Source: Chlorokybus atmophyticus (lineage: Eukaryota > Plantae > Mesostigma and Chlorokybus algae). From it: a stretch of DNA of 17,979 bases. The position numbers and the translations under genes are program-made. Positions 1 through 12,702 of the stretch are shown here, in pieces; position 1 is the first letter of the stretch; each line of letters starts with the position of its first letter. A model generated the notes under the pieces. It worked only from the letters and a program-made list of their open reading frames with translations, was not told the origin of the DNA and ran no database searches. Location: contig RHPI01003156.1 in NCBI GenBank assembly GCA_009103225.1, positions 1 through 17,979 on the forward strand. Direction: 5' to 3'.

Positions 1-556
1 TGCTCGCAGAACTCGAAGGCAGGTGCCGCTGACGGCACAACTGGCTTGTGCCGAGAACGGATTCTGCTGCAGGCGCCGTGTGATGGGCGCGACCTCTTGT
101 AGCCCTTTAATTCATTGTTAAAACCTAATAGTTGGTAAGCACATTACTCTTATATACATACACTCCCTCTTATGTCCTCTGGCTTTGCGTTGCCATTCCT
201 TGTTGGCTCTGCAAGGTGGTACATATTCAACAGGCAGCACAGACCATGCACGTACCCTGACGCCATCATCGCCTTCTCCACAGAGGTTGCCCGCCTACCA
301 GTGGATGCACGTGCATGCTGTGTCCATCTTTCAAAGACAAACTTACGAGTTAGTCCCACCTAACAACATTTGTTGCCAATGGTTTCAAATGTAACATATA
401 TCACATGTGTTGTGTTTCAACATGCATGTCAAGTTGCACAGCACAAGGTGGAGTACAAGTGGACTATCCTAGCTCTGAACAGAGGGGACACCAGCAGCAA
501 GGAGGTGAAGCAACCAATAACGACAACGGTGAGGGTGGCGACGGCAATGAAGACAC

Positions 557-731
557 TCGCCTTCGGTCTTACAACCCTGTTGCTCAGACTGCAGAGCAAA
601 TAGGCTGCAGGCTGTAAGTTCAACAACCAAATAAGTTATTAGGGTTATGGGGGTTCCACCAACAGTGTTATCGCCATACACCGCAAGGCCCACATGTCAC
701 AATACCACAACAGCATAACACCGGCATGACA
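557..731. repeat. Direct repeat, copy A (pairs with 1905-2092)
   Basis: 557-715 aligns without gaps to 1905-2063 (offset 1348) with 17 mismatches in 159 nt by hand count (~89%); looser similarity continues to GCATGACA at 724-731. Confidence 0.9.
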
Positions 732-1904
732 GCTGTCGCGCAACGTCTCCTCGACTGCCATGTTACCTCGATGCACCCACTAGCACATGTCTACCATGCT
801 GCTACTGATACGCAACACTGCATCTTTATGCAATATCTCCTCATTCTTCTCATACACCAGCATGTCTAGCTACATGTGCAAGTGAACAGTTTACACGAGG
901 GTGATGATGATGACCTCCTCCTTGTAGATGTACTTAAGCAGGGCACGATGGTATGCGCCAGTGTCACACGCTCACACAACAACAGTCTCAGCTAGAGCAC
1001 CCATCGCATACAACACACAAAGATGTATTGCACTTGTGTTATGGTACTTGTATGGCACTTGTAACTTGGTATGGTAACTTGTTGACCGGATAGCTACATC
1101 CATACAGTCACACTACTTATCTAATGAACAAGTCAACATAAATCGCATGTCTAAATTTAGCATAACCAATCACATATGCACTAGACCATGGTTAGCTACT
1201 TGGACTTGCTCTCCTCTACCTCTAGCTCCAATCCATGCCTCCAATGATGAGTAGTAGTAGTAGATCATCTTTATGACCAGCTTCTGACTGCCACATGGAT
1301 GCCGACTCCTTCCACCAGTCCTTCTCCACTCACAACTCCTAAAATAGCCCCGATTACACCCACCAGATCTAAGTTACGCTGATGTAACTCGCAAACAGCA
1401 CCTTCCCTCACTCAATAACATCCTCATCTACCTTCCCATCACAAAAACCAACTGAGGTTATTGTTTAGATATGCTTCTACAAGCAAATCCAACTACCTCA
1501 TGCCTACAACCAGCCCATAGTCTGTTACTCCCCTGCATGTAGTCATATCTCGAGACAACCTAGCTCAAGTCCTTCTCCGGCATGACAGCACGCAGATGTT
1601 GAGCCCATAAAGCACATCAGCATGAATTAACATGGAGGCCAAGGTAGAGCTAGCACAACGGACCCACCAACTAAGACACTATGGCTAGCTACACAACTAG
1701 ACGCTCATAATAGAGATAGCAGGCAGCAGGCAGACAGAGTAGGTAACAAGATGAACAACTTGCAGAGCGCAGGGAGAAAGAGAAGGTAGGAATCAAGTCC
1801 GAAAAGAAGTAAGAGCAGCATGCACGACGTTGGACTTGACGGACGCCTAGACTTGGCCCCTAGCATCCAACTGTGCGCGGTGCTTAGGCTATGGCGCCGC
1901 TACA

Positions 1905-2092
1905 TCGCCTTCGGTCTTACAACCCTGTTGTTTAGACTGTAGAGCAAATAGGCTGCAGGCTGTAGATTTAGCAAGTTAACAAGTTTTTAGGGTTATAGGG
2001 GTTCCACCAACAGTGTTACCGGCATACACCGCAAGGCCCACATGTCATAATACCATAACAGCACACAAGTATGACAGCATAACAGCATGACA
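1905..2092. repeat. Direct repeat, copy B (pairs with 557-731)
   Basis: Same alignment as copy A. On the minus strand both copies begin TGTCATGC (731 and 2092). Confidence 0.9.
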
Positions 2093-2465
2093 ATAACATT
2101 CACAAATGCTTGACTATAACATATTCTCAGTGAATGGTCTATTGTCATTAACTTGTTGTATAGAATTATAGCCTTTGTAATGCAAAGCTCTTACACATAT
2201 CTGTATCAAGATGTCGCTTGTGTAGTTTTGAATGATTAACATTGAGTTAACTGAACCTCAAAATATTTACTATCGTTCAAGTTCTTGTTCTTTGTTCGTT
2301 CGCACATGCCCAAACCTAGGTTCGGCCCCAGCCCTATTTGTCATGGTAACGCCACCCTCATCAGAACAGTCTCGAGACAGGTGGCCTACAGCAGTGACAG
2401 AAACATTAGCCCTACATCAATTCACCAGGCTAACAGGTGGCCCAGTTTGCGCCACGTTGGCGAGC

Positions 2466-6295
<3,830 letters not shown>

Positions 6296-6407
6296 TGCCA
6301 ATCACCCCTTTGCTTGCACTCCCTCATTGCTCTGCACATTCTTTTGCTGCGACTGCATTCAGTCATATCACAGCACATTGTGAGCACCACAAACAGCAAA
6401 GCTTGCA

Positions 6408-6412
6408 TGTAA
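6408..6412 (+). terminator. Possible TGTAA polyadenylation signal for NTRC (second copy at 6518-6522)
   Basis: TGTAA is the known chlorophyte poly(A) signal and lies 113 nt after the stop. It is only a 5-mer and the lineage is not established. Confidence 0.3.
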
Positions 6413-7257
6413 CGTCCCCTCTAGTTGTACTGGCAACTGATTGCATGCGGCAGCAAATCATTTGCCCATCAATGAGTGCCTGGTCCAGGAAATGCGCCAC
6501 CGGTGGTGTGCTGGTGGTGTAAGTGTGGCCTCCAGGCGCATCTCACCTACTCGGGAGTGCAGATGGCATGCATTGCGCTGTGGAAGCTATTGCGCAAAGC
6601 TCACGTTTGCTCGCACGAGCTGCAAGCATCTTGACGTTCATGCATTGTGTACATAGTTGGTGCAAGTGATCATGAGTAAATGCACTAATTGTCAGCATGC
6701 CAGCCCTCTCAGAAGCTGTCATTGAACCATTGGGCTATAAAGCTAGGGATTACCTAAGCTACTGCACTATTGCCACTAACCTTACCTTGCCAGGCCAACA
6801 TGCAAGCACCTCAATCATCGCTTGCGCATGTGCCACACTTGGTGGGTGCTGTTTTGTTATCCTTCTTCCACGAAGTCAGTCATCATATTTGACGATCTCG
6901 TCACAGCCAGCTGATGCTTGCACAATAAATTCACCATAGGTTCTGAGCCTTGCAGCAGTGAGCAAGCGGCACTGACTAGGTGCAACAAATTTTCCTGTGA
7001 GTCAACCAAGCATGTCATAAACAACCCTACAACTGCTTACTTCTATGTACTTGTCGAAAAGTCTCAATAAACACGCTCAGTGATTGTACACTAGGCTGCA
7101 GCCAATATCTTCTCCAATCTTGATACTAACCTCAAATTGATAACTATACAAAAACTGCACAAAAACTGTGGAAAGTTAGTGCCAACCACCGTTCTACCAT
7201 GCGTGTATGCAAAGCCATGTTGCAATCAGGCCATGATCACAGATGTTGGCCAACACA

Positions 7258-8666
7258 TCAACCTGCAGGTGCTCGCCAATTGCTGCTTTTGTGCGTGCGT
7301 TTGCGCGCGGTCACCAAACACGAAACCTCCCGCCCTCTTTTTGCCGCCATCTCAAGCGCCATACCCAAACATCTTCCAATCCCACGCGCCGTGCTCACAT
7401 CAGCCCAACCTGCATCACACAATAACCCACAGCATTGAGACCACAATACAGTCTCTGCTACTGCTTCAGGTGACATAGCATCTGCTTACATGGTCCACAT
7501 GCTGCACTGATACTATGCACCCTCCCTACTGATACACACATATGGGCGCTCATGTGTGCACTAATATGGTGTGCATGTGTGCATGTGCGCGTATGCAACT
7601 TAGACAACGCGCACCACGCAAGTTCTTGTCTTCATACAAACCCGGCATGCACATCTGAACAACATACCGTCAAACACAACAGACTCACCAATTGTGCTCG
7701 GGGGGGGTGCTTGCGCGAGGGCTGCCTTGAAAGGGCTGCAACGCCGCGGTTTCTTCGGCCTCGGCAGGGAGCCCAGCACCGCCGGAAATGTTTCAAACCA
7801 GTCATCAACACTTTGGTAGTAACTCTCGTCGTCAAGCCGTGAGAAGTCAAAGTACTTGGGCGCATCGAACTCGTATAATGGGTCGTAATAAGGTGTCTGG
7901 CATAAGGCCGCACACGTTCCACACATCAGTCCATTGCAAGGTACAGTGTATCACCCGCACAGTTGCTGACCATTGCACCACATACACTGCTGCATCATGT
8001 ACATGAGCTATGATAGTCTTGGTGACGAGAATGGCAATGACAACCAGGAAGTTAGCGAATAAGGTGCGGGCTCTGACGTCAAAACCTTAGACCTCATCAC
8101 CAAGGGACTGGAACAAACAGGCAATACCAGCTTGTCTTCATCATGGTAAACTGGTGTTGACAATTCATACTAGAGAACACATAAGGAAACAGGAACAGCA
8201 GTGAACCAACATGCTGTTGCAGCAAGCTGCGAAACCATTGGAGTCTTGCTTATATGGCGGGTAGAAGCAAAGAACAACCCTAATGCCGCAAGATGGCATG
8301 TCTGTTAATCTATCTGCCATTCAAACCCCACCACATGTTGCCCGATGCGCACATACTGCCGCTGCAGGTGATGTTGTACACTAAGAGTTCATCCACTCAT
8401 TCTGACTCTACCACCGTTCTAGGTCTAGACTGGACGCACGCACGACCAGGCCAGACCAGACCAGCAAAGCGAGCAATGCGAGAAAAAATTCCAGCGCCCC
8501 CCTCCCCTGTCCCTCCGCCCCTCACCTCAGCGCCGCCGTCGCTCCTATCAATGCTGTTAAAGTCAGCGCCACTCGTCACCACGTACGTCGGGCCTGTGAC
8601 GTCGCCCATGTCGTCGATGCCGCCGCCGCCAATGCCGCCGCCACCTGGAAGGTGCGGCTGCAGCAT
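7258..8666 (-). CDS. Short protein (~166 aa) with a TPX2-type Aurora-kinase-binding motif (TPX2/TPXL-like)
   Basis: Model: exon 1 8666-8526 (MLQPHLPGGGG...DGGAE, donor GTGAGG), exon 2 7896-7689 (acceptor GCCAG; TPYYDPLYEFDAPKYFDFSRLDDESYYQSVDDWFE...CSPFKAAL...; donor GTGAGT), exon 3 7409-7258 (acceptor TGCAG; only the phase-compatible frame is open; TGA). Total 501 nt. Exon 2 matches the TPX2 N-terminal Aurora-binding motif. Exons 1 and 3 are less certain than exon 2. Confidence 0.7.
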
Positions 8667-8751
8667 GGATATCGACACCCGAGACTGGGATTGCCTGGCC
8701 TAAACGCGGATATCTGTAAGTCCCCGCGTTTTTGGTTCCCGCGCAGGCTGA

Positions 8752-8786
8752 TTCAAATTGAACCGTAGGATTCGGCGCGTGCCGTT
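8752..8786 (-). promoter_or_regulatory. CHR-like (TTTGAA, 8757-8752) and MSA-core (AACGG, 8786-8782) motifs upstream of the TPX2-like gene
   Basis: Both motifs are present 86-120 nt upstream of ATG 8666 and fit a G2/M gene, but they are short enough to occur by chance. Confidence 0.3.
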
Positions 8787-8817
8787 TGTATGTTGTATGA
8801 GTTGTGCGGGTGCGTCA

Positions 8818-8872
8818 CATCCACATGAAAGGATGCGATCAAATCGTTTTATCGCATCCTTTCATGTGGATG
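8818..8872. repeat. Perfect 22-bp inverted repeat with 11-nt spacer
   Basis: CATCCACATGAAAGGATGCGAT (8818-8839) is the exact reverse complement of ATCGCATCCTTTCATGTGGATG (8851-8872). The spacer CAAATCGTTTT can add an AAA/TTT pairing. Confidence 0.95.
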
Positions 8873-9112
8873 CGGTCAAACTTGTTGTAGGGTGTGTGGA
8901 CCATACTTCGGACGACTTTTTAAGGATAGGTCGTAGCTTACGGCTTGGTGGTCAGTTTAGGGAGGGTAATAGCACGTTGGATAGCTGAGGAGTTGACGGC
9001 CATGATGTGCTTGACGGCACCTCAAACGGATAACTATAGCGTCCTCACCTTCCTGCCAAAGTGCGGGGTGGGTAAAAAGTTCGAAAAATTTAGGTTTGCC
9101 TACCTTTGGACG

Positions 9113-9146
9113 GCCTCAAATGGCTGCTTGGCAGCCATTTGTGGCG
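9113..9146. repeat. Imperfect hairpin
   Basis: GCC-T-CAAATGGCTGC / TTG loop / GCAGCCCATTTG-T-GGC: 14 pairs with one mismatch and one bulge. Confidence 0.7.
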
Positions 9147-9221
9147 GTAAGGTGGCGTCAGACAGGTCTAGGGCTGCGCTGACGTGCTGTGCTGACACTT
9201 GGCTGCATGTCACGGCCGGAA

Positions 9222-9250
9222 AACCCCCAAACCCTAGTGGTTTGGGGGTT
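9222..9250. repeat. Perfect 12-bp hairpin with CTAGT loop
   Basis: AACCCCCAAACC (9222-9233) / CTAGT / GGTTTGGGGGTT (9239-9250). Confidence 0.9.
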
Positions 9251-9721
9251 GTGGGCGGCGAGGTTGCTGGTGGGGTGGTTGTAGTCCGCTGTCCGGAGTG
9301 TGTGTGCGCCCTACACAGGTGGCGCAAAAGGGTCCAGCGACGGCGACGGTGGCCCACTTGGCGCAGGTGCGTGGCTCACCGTTGTGGCTCTTGAGCGCAG
9401 GGAGCACAACTTCATTGTGCTGTCTTGTACCAAGTTGTGTGGTGTGCGTATTTGCTGGGCGGGCAATTGTGTGCAGCTGTGTGGAGGTCTATCTCTGTGC
9501 GTGTGTGTGGTGCGGNAGTTACTGTTGTGCCTAGTTCCTGAGTCTTCAGCAGCATGTTGTGAATTCTGGCTTGCATGGCACTGTGTGGCACTCATTCTAT
9601 GTGGCATGCACAACGTGTTCATGAGGCCAAGGCAGGAGCAGTTAAAGGGAACAAGTGGTGTGTGTGTACAAGGTCTGAAGAGTGCTCTAAGTCAGTAGTG
9701 TACTAACTAGGCTAACTAGGC

Positions 9722-12423
9722 CTACATCATGCGTGACCGCATGGCTGCCTTAAGGTTGAGCAGGGTCCGTGCTGGGCCTGCTGCTGCAGCAACTGAGGCA
9801 TCCACTGCGCGGGTGGCCTCTTGCAGTTCAAAAGGTGTTGGAGATATTGACAAGATGCGGTGTGCTTGTGGGCTGCCAACAGGGCTGGCCATTGGTGACA
9901 GACAGATTAGAGGGCTGTAGCTCAGGTGAGATGGCTCTGCCTGTGTCTCCAGATCAACAATGCATGCTCTGGAACCTGAAGCAGTCTGGATATGAGTTGG
10001 GCCTGCTCGTGCCACTGCCTGCTGCTGTGCTGCCAACTTTTGCTGCTTGGCAGCATCCTTCGCTGCCTTGGCTTGCTGCTTTTGTGCTGCCAACAGTTCC
10101 CTCTCAGACTTGGCTGCCTGCCGCTCCAGCGCTGCTATCTCTTTCTTCTTGGTAGCTTCAACTCGCTTGTTGGCAGCCTCTTGCTTCCTCGCTGCAATCC
10201 CCGCCTTCTTCTGCTCCGCTGCAGCCACCTTTTCTGCCAACATGTTGATGTACCCCTGAGATGTCAGAAGCACAGAGCCTGGCAGCTGCGGAGCTTTCTT
10301 CTGCCTCCACCCCTCCACACCCTCGGTGGGTTGCCTGACTTGGATGTTGATGTTGCCAGATGAAGGCCCTGCCCCGTTATTGATGTTGATGTTGATGCTG
10401 TTGTTGTTGTTCTGGTTGTTGTTGTTGTTATTGTTGTTCTGATTGGTGTTGTGGCTGTTGTGGTTGACTTGAGGCGCTGCAGATGGAGGTGGAGAGCGGT
10501 TTTCCTTCTCGCAGGAACTGTCTTCATCTTCGGTGGCATCTGAGTCCTCGTGATCAGAATGGTGAGGCACACCCTCACCATACAGGGCAGGTCCGCCAAA
10601 CTCATGCTGCACCTGGGCGTGAGCCAGGTCTGGCGTGACTTCATCAGCAGTAGGCTTGGGCATGTCCGGAACACGGTCATCGAGTGCGTGTACGTCCACA
10701 GGCCACACTCCTGCGTGCATGTTGGCATTGATGTTCTATGCGGGATGGTTGAGAGGGCATACGTCCACATGCATTTGCATTTGAACATATGTGCAATCAC
10801 ACCTGTTCTCCTGAAGCCGGAGGTGATGTTGCGTGGGGTCATAGCCAATAGGAATGGCTCGCAAGTCAGCTTCACAAATTGCAGCTTGCTGATGGGTGCG
10901 TTTGGCTCCTCCACTCTCCACGCCAGAAACTCCTTCCGGTAGTGCTCTTTCAAAGGCCGAAAGCAACTCACATCCAACACCTGCCACAGGTAGGCCACAT
11001 TTGCATTGTTTACTACCGCAAATCATATGCATGTGCACAACAACTGAACAGCATGCACGTGCAGTCAACTGACTGACCTGCATGAGGTGTGTCATGTGAG
11101 GAGGAAAGGTCAACATGTGCACACCGGCCGTCCTGGCCTGCTCCAGCAGCTCCGGGTTCATACGGGAGGAGTGCCCGTCCAACAAAAGCAGCACGGGTTT
11201 GTCTACCGACACCCCTCCAGGTACAAACTCCACAAACTTCTTAAACCAATCGGCAAATATGTCGATGGTCATGTATGCGTTCTCCTGCATGCGCATGAAG
11301 CTTCCATAAGGAGCGACCTTCATGTAGTTCTTTGTATAGCGGGTACCCTTCAAGATGTACATAGGTGGCATCCACATGCCCGCAGCATTGACACAAGCCA
11401 TGACGGACATATGCTCTCGACTTCCGCATTGGTTGTAATAGGGGTTCTTGTAACCCCGGCTGCATATGACCTTGACAGTGCCTGCACAAGCCAATTGTTC
11501 ACATGCTACATGCACGCAATCATAGCTAACACTTGGTCCTTGCAGGACTTACCCAGGTTATCAGGTTCAAAGCCTGTCTCGTCCGCGTTGAAGATCCTAG
11601 TGGGATCATTAATGCCAAGCTCTTCTAACGTTCTTGTATACAACTCAAAGAACGCGTTGACATTATCTCGCGTACAGGCCTGCCACCTCCTGCGATCTAG
11701 TCCTTCAGCAACACGGGAGGCCAGATTGTGGCGTGCCATGAACATGCGAAGCCACTTATAACCAGGTATGCCACGCGGTCCAAAACGCTGCAGGCGCCCA
11801 GTGGGATCACTCCGCAGCATGTGCACAACCTACAGCAAGTGCAACAGGTCATGAGTGGCTTGAACACACATTGCACTTAATAGGGCTCACTGCATCACAA
11901 CAGCACATGCATCACCAGCACGCACATGCACATGCATGCGAATAGCACACACATGCATCCCGAGACAACGATAGTTAATCCAAGTCCTAACCGTTACCTT
12001 CTGGAACAGTGAAGGCCGAGTGACGGCATACTTTTTGTCCGCCATCCAGTTGACCCAAGTGACTAGCTCCTCCTCTTCCTGTGGGGTCAAAACAGGGGAG
12101 CGTCCAGGGCCTCGCGGCAGTTGTAACTTATAAGGGTAGGTCACGTAGTCGTATAGCGTGGAACGTGGCACTCCATATTTGCCAGATGCAATCCTCAGGC
12201 TCATGCCAGCCTTCACTTCCTCCACCGCCACACCCAACTGCAACATCATCCCCTCACCATGGTAGTTCATGTACTGCATGCCCTTGCGACGGGCGCTGCC
12301 AATGCAACTACGCAGGGCTTGCTTGCTGCGACTCTTCACACGCTTGGAAGGGCACGGGGCTAATGGGGTTGATGCTGCTCGCTTGCTCCCGATTGGAGTG
12401 CTCTCCTGCAAACAAATCCACAT
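9722..12423 (-). CDS. pogo-family (Fot/Fot-like, DD35D) transposase, copy 1, intron-containing, about 750 aa
   Basis: Exons 12405(or ATG 12423)-11998, 11829-11553, 11481-11078, 10980-10803, 10710-9722, with GT-AG introns of 168, 71, 97 and 92 nt; phases are compatible and there are no internal stops. HTH_psq-like GMSLRIASGKYGVPRSTLYDYV; CENP-B-type HTH GRSPVLTPQEEEELVTWV...GYKWLRMFMARH; catalytic IFNADETG (D 11583-11581), LLLLDGHSS (D 11179-11177), MQVLDVSCFRPLK (D 10974-10972) with 35 residues between D2 and D3; GFRRTGVWP. The true start codon is uncertain. Confidence 0.9.
10400..10441 (-). repeat. (AAC)n-type repeat encoding an Asn-rich tract in the transposase tail
   Basis: QNNNNNNNNQNNNNS in exon 5; identical at +5277 in copy 2. 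Confidence 0.85.
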
Positions 12424-12702
12424 ATGCTAAGGGGGGCAAGGATGACAAGGTGCACAATCAAACAGCGCCTAAGCTGCCTAACCACCAGCTCTAAGTCCCC
12501 ACCAGGCCGCCACCCTAGCAGATAGCATAGACAGCATAGTGTGTATAGCATAGAATGCATAGACAGCGCAGGCAGACATCCCTCTACTTTAATGCATCTC
12601 CACAACCTGCATAGACAGTATATCTCATTGTCGTGCGTGTCTTGGGTGGTGGTTGCCCGTGTGCCCACCATCGCTCTCTCCACCCAAAACTATGCCCCCC
12701 CC

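Larger units (their letters stand above)
557..2092. mobile_element. Putative decayed repeat-bounded retroelement remnant (LTR-like or tyrosine-recombinase-type split repeats; class unresolved)
   Basis: Direct repeats flank ~1.17 kb with no ORF in the track and a strong TAG/CTA excess. No PBS, polypurine tract, CA end or TSD found, and no recognisable protein domain. Confidence 0.4.
9722..12702 (-). mobile_element. pogo/Fot-like DNA transposon, copy 1 (termini not located)
   Basis: Transposase gene plus 5' flank; 10106-12702 is duplicated at 15383-17979. The right end runs into an N gap and the left boundary lies somewhere left of 9722. Confidence 0.8.

Noticed and set aside
1-626. Short ORFs and exon-like pieces at the window start
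   Set aside because: No domain is recognised and no consistent splice model could be built; they may belong to a gene that lies outside the window.
2232-2465. Upstream in-frame ATG extending NTRC by 78 codons
   Set aside because: The sequence is AT-rich and promoter-like, and the transit-peptide composition begins at ATG 2466.
6786-6920. Strong minus-strand donor AAG|GTAAGG as a further exon of the TPX2-like gene
   Set aside because: All three frames after the nearest plausible acceptor contain stops, so it is at most a 3' UTR exon.
9222-9250. Helitron 3' end (hairpin plus CTAG) or telomeric AAACCCT seed
   Set aside because: CTAG lies in the loop rather than downstream of the hairpin, no Rep/helicase sequence is present, and AAACCCT occurs only once here.
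9729-11761. Plus-strand ORFs of 60-224 aa overlapping the transposase (repeated in copy 2)
   Set aside because: They are antisense shadows of GC-rich, low-complexity coding sequence with no recognisable domains.
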